Source of the DNA: Gemmatimonadaceae bacterium | GTDB lineage: Bacteria; Gemmatimonadota; Gemmatimonadetes; Gemmatimonadales; Gemmatimonadaceae | Direction: 5' to 3' | DNA: 64,000 bases | Assembly (NCBI GenBank): GCA_051859245.1 | Contig: JBHYGA010000005.1 | Coordinates: forward strand, 667,527 to 731,526 | In this document: positions 41,569 to 52,228 of the stretch, piece by piece | Numbering within the stretch: position 1 is the stretch's first letter | How the letters are laid out: each line of letters begins with the position of its first letter | Made by a program: the position numbers and the translations under genes | Notes under the pieces: model-generated | Database searches by the model: none | Seen by the model: only the letters and a program-made list of their open reading frames with translations | Told to the model about the DNA's origin: nothing

Positions 41569-43529
41569 CGCGGTTCAAACGAGTGAAAGGGCGCATCGGG
41601 AAACGGCGTGAGTGCGCGCGTTTTGAGCAGCGCACGTGCGGCGATTTCCGGAAAGTCGCGCACGTCATACAACGAGGGTGTATCGAGACGTCCACGCACC
41701 ATACCACGCAATGAGACACGCGGTGCACCGTGTTCGGCGCTCATGAGCACCACGGCCTGATACGATGCGGTCCGGCCCGTGCGCGCGTGCTGTAGTGTGA
41801 CGGTAAACGGTGCGGTGGTATCAACAGCGGTGTCCACTGTTGCATCGTAGGCGCCCAGACGAGGCGGCGTACCGAGCGTTTGCGCGAGCTGTCCATCGGC
41901 GAGCAGTGCCGCGACGGCCGCGGCGGTGCGCGCTTCCACGCTGCGATGGGGCAAGGCACCACGCACAAACACATCGGCGGCGGTGCCAGCACGCGGATCG
42001 TTGCTGCGTGCGTCAGCGAGTCGCTCCACAAATCCGGCTTCAAGTCGAGCGGCACGACCGCTCAGGTCGAGCACACGCGCCGCATACCGCAGCACCTGCC
42101 GCGCTTCAATGCGTGCCACATCATCAAAGAACCACGCGCATGATGTGAACAGTCGCAGCACGGCGCGTTGCATTTCGAGCAGTTCGCGGGCGCGCTGGAC
42201 ATCGGCCGCATCGGTGCGCCGCTCCGGGCGCATTGCGCCTACCACGTAGTCATTGAGTGCGTCACCTTGCAGCGCGACAACTCGACCGTATCCATCACGC
42301 ACACTCCACGGATCATCGCTGAACAGCGGCGTGGCGTCTGTGGAATAGATCGTGTGCGCTTCATTGGCGAGCCAGGTAAGCGCGCGGCGCAGCGGGCCAC
42401 GCCAGGCCTGACTGGTGCCGGCACCTGGATCGAGCTTGCATCCACAATCACTGCGCCAGCGCTCGACGCCGTGCGCGCAGCTCCACGCACTCGGCGCCAC
42501 CAGTTCGGCATCGGCCGCTGGCGGCAAGATGGTGAGCAGCGACGAGAAGTTGTGGACCTGCGCATCCGGTCGCGCCGCAATGCGTGCCACGGCACGCGCA
42601 AGCGTCACATCACCACCGCGGTGATGATGGCCGAACGTTTCACCATCGGTTGCCAGGATCGTATTCAAGACCGGCGACGACGGATCAGACGGCGCCAGTC
42701 GATTCGCTAACGCCACGGGATCGCGCAGCAATCCACCAAATGCAACCTCGCCGGAGAGTCCGCCGTCGTAGGTGAACAGGGCGAGCTCGTGGCCATTCGC
42801 CGAACGCCAGCGCAACGGACGCCCCGTTGGATCGGGATTCCGGACCTGATACGGCGCGAGCACAACAAACCGAATGCCCGCCTCTGCGACCACCTCGAGC
42901 GTCTCTTCGTCGACCGCCGTTTCGGGCAACCAGAAGCCCTGCGGCGCGCGACCAAAACGACGCGCAAAATCGTCAATGCCCCAGCGCACTTCGGTGACTT
43001 TGTCGCGGCGCGACGCGAGTGGCAGAATGATGTGGTGATACGGCGCGGCAATCGCGTTGCCGTGTCCACCAAGGCGCGTTGCACTGGCGCGGTCACCGTC
43101 GATCATGGCCTGATACGTTTCCGGCGCGTGCACTTCCAGCCACTCACAGAGTGTGGCACCCACATCAAACGCACACCACGCATACAGATTCACAATGCGC
43201 GCCAATCCGCCCGGCACATCGGGTGCAGGCGCGGGCCCGAGTTCGCGGGTCAACACGGCAAGCGCTCGCGAACGTGCGTCGCCCGCCAGCGCGGCCTCGG
43301 CCTCAGGCGGAAGCTCTTCGTCAACGCGCGCGGGTGCAACGCGAACTTCTGTGGCAGCGAGGCGTGCGTAACACTCACGATCAATGCGTGCGTTCCAGTC
43401 GTGATCAGGCGCCGCCGACGGCTCCACGTCAACCAGTTCAAGCCACGGATCTTCCCGGGGCGGCTGGTAGCAGTGCGCGTGCACGATCACGGAGCGCACC
43501 GTGGTCGCTGGTGCGTCCGGCTCAGACAC
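41565..43529 (-). CDS. GH57-family DUF3536-domain protein
   Basis: HAHCYQPPREDPW, HDWNARI..ECY, HIILPLA, WLPETAVD, TDGETFGHH, WSCAHGVERW, FTSCAWFFDD; GTG 43529 behind GGAG. Confidence 0.9.
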   Translation of the reverse strand: MSEPDAPATTVRSVIVHAHCYQPPREDPWLELVDVEPSAAPDHDWNARIDRECYARLAATEVRVAPARVDEELPPEAEAALAGDARSRALAVLTRELGPAPAPDVPGGLARIVNLYAWCAFDVGATLCEWLEVHAPETYQAMIDGDRASATRLGGHGNAIAAPYHHIILPLASRRDKVTEVRWGIDDFARRFGRAPQGFWLPETAVDEETLEVVAEAGIRFVVLAPYQVRNPDPTGRPLRWRSANGHELALFTYDGGLSGEVAFGGLLRDPVALANRLAPSDPSSPVLNTILATDGETFGHHHRGGDVTLARAVARIAARPDAQVHNFSSLLTILPPAADAELVAPSAWSCAHGVERWRSDCGCKLDPGAGTSQAWRGPLRRALTWLANEAHTIYSTDATPLFSDDPWSVRDGYGRVVALQGDALNDYVVGAMRPERRTDAADVQRARELLEMQRAVLRLFTSCAWFFDDVARIEARQVLRYAARVLDLSGRAARLEAGFVERLADARSNDPRAGTAADVFVRGALPHRSVEARTAAAVAALLADGQLAQTLGTPPRLGAYDATVDTAVDTTAPFTVTLQHARTGRTASYQAVVLMSAEHGAPRVSLRGMVRGRLDTPSLYDVRDFPEIAARALLKTRALTPFPDAPFHSFEPR

Positions 43530-43531
43530 GA

Positions 43532-45046
43532 TCAGCTCCGACTCTGCACGACGTGGCGCGCTTTGTCGTACAGCTGCGCATACCGTTCGGCCGACCGTTC
43601 CCAGCCAAAGTCTCGACCCATGGCGACATGCATACGCTTGGCCCAACCCGCGCTGTCACCGAAACGGGCCAATGCACGCGAAATCGCGTGATCAAACGCC
43701 GCCGACGTAAACGGATCGAAGAGAAACCCGGTGACATCGTCTTCGACGGTGTCTGCAATGCCACCAACGCGACGGCCAATCGGCAACGCGCCGTACCGCT
43801 GCGCGCGCATTTGTGTGAGACCACACGGTTCATACTGCGACGGCATGAGAAACATGTCTGCACCGGCCATGAGGCGGTGCTCCAACCGGTCGGTAAAGTC
43901 GAGCTGCACGCCAACGTGATTGGGTCGCGCGCTCGCCAGTTGCGTAAGGGCGCGCTCGTACCTCGGCTCACCCTGGCCAAGAAACACAAACTGCGCATCC
44001 ATATTCCAGACGAGATGCGAGTTGAGAATCAGGTCCAGCCCTTTTTGCGTGACCATGCGACCGGTCATGCCAAAGAGCGGCGTGCGCTTGCGTTGCGGCA
44101 GACCGAATGAACGTTGCAGAGCCGCCTTGCAGCGCGCTTTCGCACTCGTGTCTTCGCGGGTGTAGTTGGCGGTGATCTGGTCGTCGCGAGCCGGATCCCA
44201 CTCGGTTTGATCAATGCCGTTTGTGATGCCCGCGAATCGGTCGCCCAACCACTGGAACGTGGTGTGCAAACCGAATCCACCATCAGGCGTGCGCAGCTCA
44301 CGCGCGTGTCCCGGGCTCACGGTCACAGCCACATCGGCGAACGCGAGTCCCGTTTTGAGATAGTTCACGCGGCCGTACCACTCGGCCATACGCCAGTTGT
44401 ACACCTCAGGCGGAATGCCACAGTCCGCCATGATGCTTTCGGGAAAGTGCCCCTGATAACCGGCGTTGTGAATCGACAACACGGTTGGCGTGGTCGCAAA
44501 CCGTTCGCGCAGGCCGCTGTACGCGCGCATGTACATGAGCGCGAGCGACGTGTGCCAATCGTGCGCATGTACGAGCACTGGTCCGGCAATCAACCGGTTG
44601 ATCCCATCGAGTACGGCGCGCGAAAACACGGCGTAGCGCCGCGCGTTGTCCGGATAATCCTGTCCGTTCTCGCCGTACAACCCACTGCGATTGAAATACG
44701 CCGGTGCATCAACAAACACCACGCGTGGTCCGGGACCGCTGTTGACTTCGCGAAAGAAACGCACTTCGACCGACCGAAAGCCCAGTTCAACGGCAATCGG
44801 TCGGCCAAGTGGCGCGAGGTCCGGCGCGTGATCACGCACGCTGCGATAGAGCGGCACAAACACCACCACCGCCGAACCAGCGCGTGATTGAAACGTGGCG
44901 AGGCCACGCACGGCCTCGGCAAGCCCACCGGTGCGCGCGTACGGCGCGTACTCCGACGTGAGATGAACGATCGTTGGTGAACCGTCCGCAGCAGGCGGAA
45001 CGGCGGGAAACGAAACGGACGGTGTGGGCTGCGCGAGGCGCGTCAT
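43532..45046 (-). CDS. glgA: Glycogen synthase (GT5)
   Basis: RTGGL, HAHDWH, IHN..YQG, TVSP, NGID, QKG, PSQYEPCGLTQM, GGIADTV. Confidence 0.94.
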   Translation of the reverse strand: MTRLAQPTPSVSFPAVPPAADGSPTIVHLTSEYAPYARTGGLAEAVRGLATFQSRAGSAVVVFVPLYRSVRDHAPDLAPLGRPIAVELGFRSVEVRFFREVNSGPGPRVVFVDAPAYFNRSGLYGENGQDYPDNARRYAVFSRAVLDGINRLIAGPVLVHAHDWHTSLALMYMRAYSGLRERFATTPTVLSIHNAGYQGHFPESIMADCGIPPEVYNWRMAEWYGRVNYLKTGLAFADVAVTVSPGHARELRTPDGGFGLHTTFQWLGDRFAGITNGIDQTEWDPARDDQITANYTREDTSAKARCKAALQRSFGLPQRKRTPLFGMTGRMVTQKGLDLILNSHLVWNMDAQFVFLGQGEPRYERALTQLASARPNHVGVQLDFTDRLEHRLMAGADMFLMPSQYEPCGLTQMRAQRYGALPIGRRVGGIADTVEDDVTGFLFDPFTSAAFDHAISRALARFGDSAGWAKRMHVAMGRDFGWERSAERYAQLYDKARHVVQSRS

Positions 45047-45056
45047 GACGAGACGG

Positions 45057-47234
45057 TCAGGAGATCGGCGGATCGTCCTGGAGGGCGTCCCCCAGAATCG
45101 ATGGCGCGTAGTAAGCGCGAACGTACTGCTCAACCATGCGACGACCCGTGAAGTGCGTGCCGGCCACGCGCATCGCGTTCTTCATGGTGGCGAGCCACTT
45201 GAGTGGCACGTCTTCGTCGTCGCGGTCATAAAAGTTGGGCACCACTTCTGTTTCCAGCAGCGTGTACAACCGATCGGCGGTGCGGTTCCCGATGTCGTCA
45301 TCAACTTCGGGTTCAATCGCCCAGCCATTGGTGCCATCATAGCCTTCTTCCCACCAACCGTCGATGGTCGACAGTTGCGGCACGCCGTTGAGGGCGGCTT
45401 TCATGCCACTGGTTCCCGACGCTTCCAGCGGCACGCGCGGCAGGTTCAGCCACAGGTCCACACCTTGCACCAGCAAATGGGCGAGGTGCATGCCGTAGTC
45501 TTCAATGAACACAATGCGACCTTCGAACTGCGGATCGCGTGTGAACTGATACACCTCCTGCAACACCTGCTTGCCCGGATTGTCGGCGGGATGTGCCTTG
45601 CCGGAGAAGACAAACTGCACGGGACGCGAGCTGTTGGTGATCAACTTCTTCAGTCGATCGAGATCGCGGAAGAGCAGGTTGGCGCGCTTGTATGTGGCAA
45701 AGCGACGCGCAAACCCAATCGTGAGTGCATGGGGATCGAGCAATGTGCCTGCACCCACCAACTGCGGGGCCTGCATGGTGCGACCAGCAAACTGACGACG
45801 CGCTTCTTCGCGCACCATGCGCATGAGCACGTGCTTGAGACGCAGATGCGTGCCCCACAGTTTTTCGTCGTCGAGCGTGAGTACGCGTTCCCAGATCTTG
45901 GGATCACGATTGGCGCCCCAGTTCTCGCCGAGATGTTCGTCGAGCAGCTGCATGATCGGGTTGGCCATCCAGGTGGCCAGATGCACGCCGTTGGTCACGT
46001 GACCAACCGGTACATCCTTCGCCTCGCGACCAGGCCAGAGTGGGCCGCACAGCTCACGTGACACCGCGCCATGCCGCTCCGACACACCATTCACCCGACG
46101 CGACAAACGCAAGCACGCCGCGGTCATGTGAAACACCTGTCGACCCGTTGACGGGTGATAGCCGAGTTGCAGCACGCGTGACGCGTCAACGCCCAACTCG
46201 CCCCAGACCGCGCCACCACACTCGCGCACCTGATCAAGTGCGAAGTGATCATGACCGGCGGGCACGGGCGTGTGCGTGGTAAACACGCTGGCGGCCCGCA
46301 CCTGTTTGATGGCCTCGTCGAATGCAAGGCCTTCTTCGCACAATGCCCGAACACGCTCAAAGAGCATGAACGCGGCGTGACCTTCGTTGGCGTGCCACGC
46401 GGCTGGTGCAATGCCGAGTGCCTTGAGCACGCGTACGCCGCCCACACCCAGCAACCATTCCTGACGCAGCCGCATGGCCGGTCCGCCCGCGTAGAGCTTG
46501 GACAGCAGCGGACGATCTTCGACGTGATTCTCTTCCAGATCGGAATCAAGCAGGTACACGGGGACACGTCCCACCATCATGCGCCACACGCGAATGTGAA
46601 TGTCGCGTCCGAACGTGCGCACGGTGGTGAGATACTTCTGTCCGTTGATCCCCGGCACCGGCTGAATAGGCACCGAGGACAAATTGAACGTGTCCGGCGA
46701 ATCTTCCTGCCAACCGTCCACACGCACGCGCTGATTGAAGTAGCCGTCGCGATAGAAAATACCAACGCCAACGAGCGGTACGCCGAGATCAGACGCGCTC
46801 TTGCAGTGGTCGCCGGCGAGCACGCCCAGTCCACCGGAATAAATCGGCACGGAGTTGTGAAATCCAAACTCGGCGCAGAAGTACGCAATGGATTGGCCGC
46901 GCAGTTCCGGATACGTCTGGGCGTACCACGTGTGTTCGTCGCTCTGTTCGGCCTGCAGCCAGCGCATCACGCGATCGTATCGCGCGCAGAAGTCCGCGTT
47001 CGCGGCGAGCGCTTCAAGGCGCGCCGGGTCGATCTGCTGCAGCAGCTGAATCGGGTTGTGGCGCAGTTTTGTCCACAGCGTTTCGTCGATTGTGCGAAAC
47101 AGCAGACGCGCTTCTCGATTCCAGCTCCACGCAACGTTATTCGCAATCAGCGTGAGTCCGGCGAGGCGCGGAGGGAGCGCCAGCGGGGCGGGCTCAATAG
47201 GTACGATGGTCGGTACGGCAGTAGTCACGGACAT
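45057..47234 (-). CDS. glgP: Alpha-glucan (glycogen/maltodextrin) phosphorylase
   Basis: YSGGLGVLAGD, NEGH, TTHTPVPAGHD, TNGVH, ARRFATYKR, GKAHPAD, EASGTSGMK. Confidence 0.95.
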   Translation of the reverse strand: MSVTTAVPTIVPIEPAPLALPPRLAGLTLIANNVAWSWNREARLLFRTIDETLWTKLRHNPIQLLQQIDPARLEALAANADFCARYDRVMRWLQAEQSDEHTWYAQTYPELRGQSIAYFCAEFGFHNSVPIYSGGLGVLAGDHCKSASDLGVPLVGVGIFYRDGYFNQRVRVDGWQEDSPDTFNLSSVPIQPVPGINGQKYLTTVRTFGRDIHIRVWRMMVGRVPVYLLDSDLEENHVEDRPLLSKLYAGGPAMRLRQEWLLGVGGVRVLKALGIAPAAWHANEGHAAFMLFERVRALCEEGLAFDEAIKQVRAASVFTTHTPVPAGHDHFALDQVRECGGAVWGELGVDASRVLQLGYHPSTGRQVFHMTAACLRLSRRVNGVSERHGAVSRELCGPLWPGREAKDVPVGHVTNGVHLATWMANPIMQLLDEHLGENWGANRDPKIWERVLTLDDEKLWGTHLRLKHVLMRMVREEARRQFAGRTMQAPQLVGAGTLLDPHALTIGFARRFATYKRANLLFRDLDRLKKLITNSSRPVQFVFSGKAHPADNPGKQVLQEVYQFTRDPQFEGRIVFIEDYGMHLAHLLVQGVDLWLNLPRVPLEASGTSGMKAALNGVPQLSTIDGWWEEGYDGTNGWAIEPEVDDDIGNRTADRLYTLLETEVVPNFYDRDDEDVPLKWLATMKNAMRVAGTHFTGRRMVEQYVRAYYAPSILGDALQDDPPIS

Positions 47235-47373
47235 GGGGCAAATGCTGCTCAGAAGACAATCGGCGCGGTCAAAACGCACCGATGCGAAACCACAAAGATC
47301 TGACAATTCAAAGGTACCTTTTGGGACAGGTGAGTGGACAGGTACCCGGCTGTCACGGTATCCTCCCGCGCAC

Positions 47374-49917
47374 ATGGTTACAACACGTCGTTCTCGATCC
47401 CGACAGCCGGTGGTCCACAAGTTCGGCGGCGCCTCGCTCGCCGACGCCTCGGCCGTTCGCCACGCCATTACGCTCGTGGCCGAACATGCCGCGCGACCGG
47501 CCGTGGTCGTCGTGTCCGCGATGGCCGGAGTGACTGACGCATTGCTGGCGCTTGGCCGTGCGGCCTTGGCCGCCGGTCCGGATGCCGCACCTCGCGGCGC
47601 TCTTGCGGAGGGCGTCTCGGCCCTGCGCGAGCGGCATGAAGCGGTGGCCAAGGCCGTGATTCCCGCTGGCCCCCTGCGTCAGCGTGCGCTTGACGAGGTC
47701 CGCCGGTCGTTCGATGAGCTCAGCACATTGCTCGACGGCGTAGCGTCGCTGCGCGAGCTCACGCCGCGCACCAGCGACTTTCTGGTCTCGCGGGGTGAAC
47801 GACTGAGTGCAGTGTTGCTCGCCACCGGGCTTGAAGCCCGTAATGTGGACGCGCGATTTGTGGAAGCCACGTCGCTTATTCATACCAATGGCGTGCACGG
47901 CAACGCTTTTCCGGAGATGGGACCGACCGAGCGGGCCACGCGCGCTGCCCTCGGGCCGCTGATCAAAAAAGGGGTAATTCCGGTCGTGCCGGGTTTCCTC
48001 GGCGCGTCGCCAGATGGCACCGTGACGACGCTGGGGCGCGGCGGCTCCGACCTTACGGCCACGGTGCTCGCCCGCGTGTTGAAGGCGAGCGCCGTGCAGT
48101 TGTGGAAAGACGTGCCCGGACTGCTCACCACCGATCCGCGCACCGTGCCCGAAGCGCGCGTGATTCCGCAGCTTAATGTGCGTGAGGCCGCGGAACTGGC
48201 TTACTACGGAGCCAAGGTGTTGCACCCGCGCGCGCTCATTCCGCTCGCGCGAACGAGTACGCCCGTGCATGTGCGTCCATTCGCGGACCCAAGCGCAGAA
48301 GGCACCGAGATCTCATCACGTCGCACCTTGCAACGCTATCCGGTCAAGGCGCTGTCGATGGTGCGTGCGCAGGCACTGGTGACTGTGACCGGCAGTGGCA
48401 TGCTCGGCGTGCCTGGCATCGCCGCGCGCACATTCGCTGCGCTGCACCGCACGGGTGTCTCGGTGTCGTTCATTACGCAGGCGTCCTCGGAGCATGCGAT
48501 TTCGTTGTGCATCCCTGCAGAAGCGGCAGGGACGGCACGAGCGGCACTTGACGACGAGTTCGCGACCGAGCGCAGCCGACGCGAGATCGAGCGCATTGAC
48601 GTGCGCAACAACGTGGCCATGGTGGCGGTGGTTGGACTCGGCATGGCGGGATCACGCGGTTTGGCGGCGCGCATGTTTACGGCGCTCGGTCGCGCGGGTA
48701 TCAACATTGTGGCGATCGCGCAGGGCTCGTCGGAGTTGAACATCACGGTCGTGATTGACGACGCCGATGCGCCAGCCGCGATTCGCTCCGTGCACGCCGA
48801 GTTTCAGCTCGACAAGATTGGTGGTGGTGCGGCGGCTACGTCGTCACATGTTGACGTGGTGATGCTCGGCTTTGGACAAATCGGTCGTGAGTTCACGCGC
48901 ATGTTAACGCGGGGCAAAGCCAAGACGGCGGTCCGTGTTGTGGCCGTGTGTGATCGCAGCGGCATGGTGTTTGATGCCGACGGCATCAGCAACAAACGAT
49001 TGGCCGCATTGGCTGCGCACAAGGAAAAGGGCGCCGCGTTGGCCGATCTCGAAGGTGGCCAGCGTGTGTCCGAATCCGCCGCGATCAAGGCCATCGCACG
49101 TCATGCGTTGTCACATCCGGTACTCGTCGACGTGACCGCCAACGACACGTTGCCCACCGTGATGACCGCGGTTGAGCACGGCTTTGATGTGGTGCTCGCC
49201 AACAAGCGACCGCTCACCGCATCGCGCGACGCAGTCGAAGCGCTGCACGCTGCGGCTAAAGCACGCGGACGACGCGTGTTGTTCGAGACGACGGTTGGCG
49301 CCGGGTTGCCGGTCATGGATTCGTACGCGAAGCTCGTGGACGCCGGTGACAAGGTGCTGCGCATTGAAGGGTGCACCTCGGGCACGCTCGGTTTTCTGCT
49401 CACAGAAATCGGTCGCGGGCGCGCGTTCAGCGATGCGCTGCGTCGTGCCATGGCCAAGGGTTACACCGAACCCGATCCGCGCGATGATCTGTCGGGAATG
49501 GACGTGGCGCGCAAGGCGCTCATTCTTGCCCGCATGCTCGGCTACAAAGGTGAACTTGCAGATGTGAAAGTGGAGTCGCTGGTGCCCGCGAGCGCGCGAT
49601 CCATGAGTCGCGATGATTTTATCGCGACGCTCGAAACGCTTGACGATGACTGGCGCGCGCGACAGGACGCGGCCACACAAGCAAACGCCGTGTTGCGTTA
49701 CGTACTCGAAGTGACGCCGCGCAAGGTGAGCGTGGGACTGCGCGCGGTGGATCTGTCGCACCCGCTCGCAGGGCTGCGCGGCACGGACAATCAGGTGGTG
49801 TTCACCACACCGCGGTACAAGGAGAATCCGTTGGCGATTACCGGACCGGGCGCAGGGCCTGCGGTCACGGCAGCGGGCGTACTGAATGATGTGCTGAAGT
49901 TGGCGGGTGTGTCGTAA
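47374..49917 (+). CDS. thrA: Bifunctional aspartokinase/homoserine dehydrogenase
   Basis: KFGGAS, VSAM, TLGRGGSD, two ACT domains, GFGQIG, ANKR, ETTVGAGLP, GYTEPDPRDDLSG, GPGAG. Confidence 0.95.
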   Translation: MVTTRRSRSRQPVVHKFGGASLADASAVRHAITLVAEHAARPAVVVVSAMAGVTDALLALGRAALAAGPDAAPRGALAEGVSALRERHEAVAKAVIPAGPLRQRALDEVRRSFDELSTLLDGVASLRELTPRTSDFLVSRGERLSAVLLATGLEARNVDARFVEATSLIHTNGVHGNAFPEMGPTERATRAALGPLIKKGVIPVVPGFLGASPDGTVTTLGRGGSDLTATVLARVLKASAVQLWKDVPGLLTTDPRTVPEARVIPQLNVREAAELAYYGAKVLHPRALIPLARTSTPVHVRPFADPSAEGTEISSRRTLQRYPVKALSMVRAQALVTVTGSGMLGVPGIAARTFAALHRTGVSVSFITQASSEHAISLCIPAEAAGTARAALDDEFATERSRREIERIDVRNNVAMVAVVGLGMAGSRGLAARMFTALGRAGINIVAIAQGSSELNITVVIDDADAPAAIRSVHAEFQLDKIGGGAAATSSHVDVVMLGFGQIGREFTRMLTRGKAKTAVRVVAVCDRSGMVFDADGISNKRLAALAAHKEKGAALADLEGGQRVSESAAIKAIARHALSHPVLVDVTANDTLPTVMTAVEHGFDVVLANKRPLTASRDAVEALHAAAKARGRRVLFETTVGAGLPVMDSYAKLVDAGDKVLRIEGCTSGTLGFLLTEIGRGRAFSDALRRAMAKGYTEPDPRDDLSGMDVARKALILARMLGYKGELADVKVESLVPASARSMSRDDFIATLETLDDDWRARQDAATQANAVLRYVLEVTPRKVSVGLRAVDLSHPLAGLRGTDNQVVFTTPRYKENPLAITGPGAGPAVTAAGVLNDVLKLAGVS

Positions 49918-50873
49918 TGTCCCACGCAACTCCTGCGGCATCGCTCCCACAAGCCGTGGAAGCATTCTCGCCGGGCAGCATCGGCAATCTTGGCCCCGGG
50001 CTCGACGTACTCGGCTGCGCGGTGACCGGCGCCGGTGATCGTGTGCAGGCGCGTTGGACCACGGGCAACACGATTGTCCTCGAAGACGCTGGTCACCCCG
50101 ACTTGCCAACCGATCCCGCCAAACACGCCTGCGCGATCGCGGCGGACGCCGTGCTGCGCGCGTGCGACGCAACCGGTCGCGGCCTCAGCTTGCGTGTGTT
50201 CAAGGGACTGCCACTCAGTGCAGGGCAGGGCGGCAGTGCCGCAAGTGCTGTGGCCGCCGCGGTGGCGGTACACGCACTGCTCGGCGAACCGCTCTCGCCC
50301 ATGACATTGCTCGCCTGCTGTCTCGAAGCCGAAAGTGCGGTAGCCGGTCGACACCTGGATAATCTCGCGCCTTCGTTGCTTGGCGGCGTGGTGACGGTGC
50401 TGGGCATTGATCCACCCGATGTTGCGCATGTGCCCGTGCATACCGCGCCGTGGTTCGCCATGGCGTATCCGCATATCACCGTGCGCACCGCCGATGCGCG
50501 TGCGGTACTGCCGCAGTTCGTGTCGCGTGCAATGGCGATCGCACAACTGGCCAGTGTTTCGGCGCTGGTAACCGCGCTCGCCAGCGGCGACCTTGCACTG
50601 CTCGGACGGTCACTGGTAGACCACATTGCCGAGCCCGCGCGCGCACCACGCGTGCCGGGTTTTGCCAACGCCATTGCGGCCGCACGCGAAAGCGGCGCGG
50701 TGGGCGGATCATTTTCCGGTAGCGGACCCACCACCTTTGCGGTGTGCGCCGACGAAGCAACCGCCACACGCGCAGCGCAGTCCATGCAACGTGCGTACGA
50801 AGCCACAGGCGCAACGTGCGACACGCGCGTGGTGACCATCGACATGCAGGGAGCCAGATGGAGCGCGATTTGA
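49917..50873 (+). CDS. thrB: Homoserine kinase
   Basis: NLGPGLDVLG, PLSAGQGGSAAS, HLDN, SGSGPT. Confidence 0.93.
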   Translation: MSHATPAASLPQAVEAFSPGSIGNLGPGLDVLGCAVTGAGDRVQARWTTGNTIVLEDAGHPDLPTDPAKHACAIAADAVLRACDATGRGLSLRVFKGLPLSAGQGGSAASAVAAAVAVHALLGEPLSPMTLLACCLEAESAVAGRHLDNLAPSLLGGVVTVLGIDPPDVAHVPVHTAPWFAMAYPHITVRTADARAVLPQFVSRAMAIAQLASVSALVTALASGDLALLGRSLVDHIAEPARAPRVPGFANAIAAARESGAVGGSFSGSGPTTFAVCADEATATRAAQSMQRAYEATGATCDTRVVTIDMQGARWSAI

Positions 50874-52228
50874 GTCTCGATGCACACGTCCTGCTGCCGC
50901 TCGGCAGCGCGTCTCACCAGCAGTGTGAAGACTGCGGCGCCGAATGGCCGGAGTTGCACGCGGCACCGCAGTGCGCAACGTGTGGTGGTCTGTTGGTGAT
51001 TCGTCACGCACCGCCCGTGAACGCGCGTGGTGAGCAGATGAGCGGCGCCGAGTTGCAGCACACGTTTGCGCAGCACTGCTGCGCGCGGCCGCAGGGACAT
51101 GCGTCTGGTGTATGGCGCTTTGAGCCGGTGGTCATGCCAACCGCGGGCGACTCCATTGTGAGCTGGCCCGAAGGGAACACCGCGCTCGTGCATCGCAAAC
51201 AGATTGCGCAGTACGTGGGCGTTGATGCGTTGTGGTGCAAGCACGAGGGCATGAATCCCACGGGCTCGTTTAAAGATCGAGGCATGACGGTTGGCACAAC
51301 GCAGGCGGTGCGCGTGGGCGCAACGGCCGTAGCGTGTGCGAGCACGGGCAACACGTCGGCGTCGCTCGCGGCCTATGCCGCACAGGCCGGCTTGCCGGCA
51401 CTGGTGTTTGTGCCAGCGGGGCAGGTGGCACTTGGCAAGCTCACGCAAACACTGGCGTATGGCGCACACACATTGCTGGTGCGCGGTGACTTTGACGATT
51501 GTTTGCGGCTGGTGCAGGAAAGCGCGCAGGAACTGGGCATTTACCTGCTCAACTCCATCAATCCGTGGCGCCTTGAAGGGCAAAAGACCATTGTCTTTGA
51601 GTTGCTGCAACAACTCGGTTGGGACGCGCCCGAGTGGATTGTGCTGCCCGCCGGCAATCTTGGGAACACGGCGGCGTTTGGCAAAGCGCTGCGAGAAGCG
51701 CACGCACTCGGCCTCATCAATCGTGTGCCGCGCATTGCCAGCGTGCAGGCGGCTGGTAGCGCGCCCTTCGCCCACAGTTTCGCCGACGGCTTTCGCACGC
51801 GCACGCGTGTGCAGGCGGAAACACTCGCCACCGCCATTCGCATTGGCGATCCGGCGTCGCACAATCGTGCGGTGCAGGCGATCACGTTCAGCAATGGTGT
51901 GGTGCTGTCGGTGACCGATGAAGAAATCGTGGCCGCGAAGCGTGTGATTGACGCGGCCGGTGTGGGGTGTGAACCGGCGAGCGCCGCGAGTGTGGCCGGT
52001 GCACGCGCGCTTGTGCAACGCGGTGTGATCGGCGCGAACGATCGTGTGGTGGCGATTCTTACGGGCCACGTACTCAAGGATCCCGGTATTCTGGTGCGCA
52101 TGCATCAGGAGGCCGCGTTCGCCGACGCACCTGCGAACACGCCCATCGAAATCGACGCGAACGTCGCCGAGGTTGCGCGCGTGTTGCGCGAGCACGCGAG
52201 TTCGTTTCCTTCTGCTTCAACCACGTAA
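50858..52228 (+). CDS. thrC: Threonine synthase with N-terminal Zn-ribbon-like Cys pairs
   Basis: EGNT, NPTGSFKDRG, CASTGNTS, EGQKT, GNLGN, EPASA, TGHVLKD. Confidence 0.95.
   Translation: MERDLSLDAHVLLPLGSASHQQCEDCGAEWPELHAAPQCATCGGLLVIRHAPPVNARGEQMSGAELQHTFAQHCCARPQGHASGVWRFEPVVMPTAGDSIVSWPEGNTALVHRKQIAQYVGVDALWCKHEGMNPTGSFKDRGMTVGTTQAVRVGATAVACASTGNTSASLAAYAAQAGLPALVFVPAGQVALGKLTQTLAYGAHTLLVRGDFDDCLRLVQESAQELGIYLLNSINPWRLEGQKTIVFELLQQLGWDAPEWIVLPAGNLGNTAAFGKALREAHALGLINRVPRIASVQAAGSAPFAHSFADGFRTRTRVQAETLATAIRIGDPASHNRAVQAITFSNGVVLSVTDEEIVAAKRVIDAAGVGCEPASAASVAGARALVQRGVIGANDRVVAILTGHVLKDPGILVRMHQEAAFADAPANTPIEIDANVAEVARVLREHASSFPSASTT

Noticed and set aside
45057..49917. Apparent 600-nt overlap of glgP and thrA ORFs
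   Set aside because: Artefact of the longest-ORF starts; homology begins near 47234 (glgP) and 47374 (thrA), leaving a normal gap.
50093..52195. Long antisense ORFs (700 aa here; also 32463-34004, 13077-14279, 61978-63198)
   Set aside because: Shadow frames opposite well-supported genes, expected in high-GC DNA.
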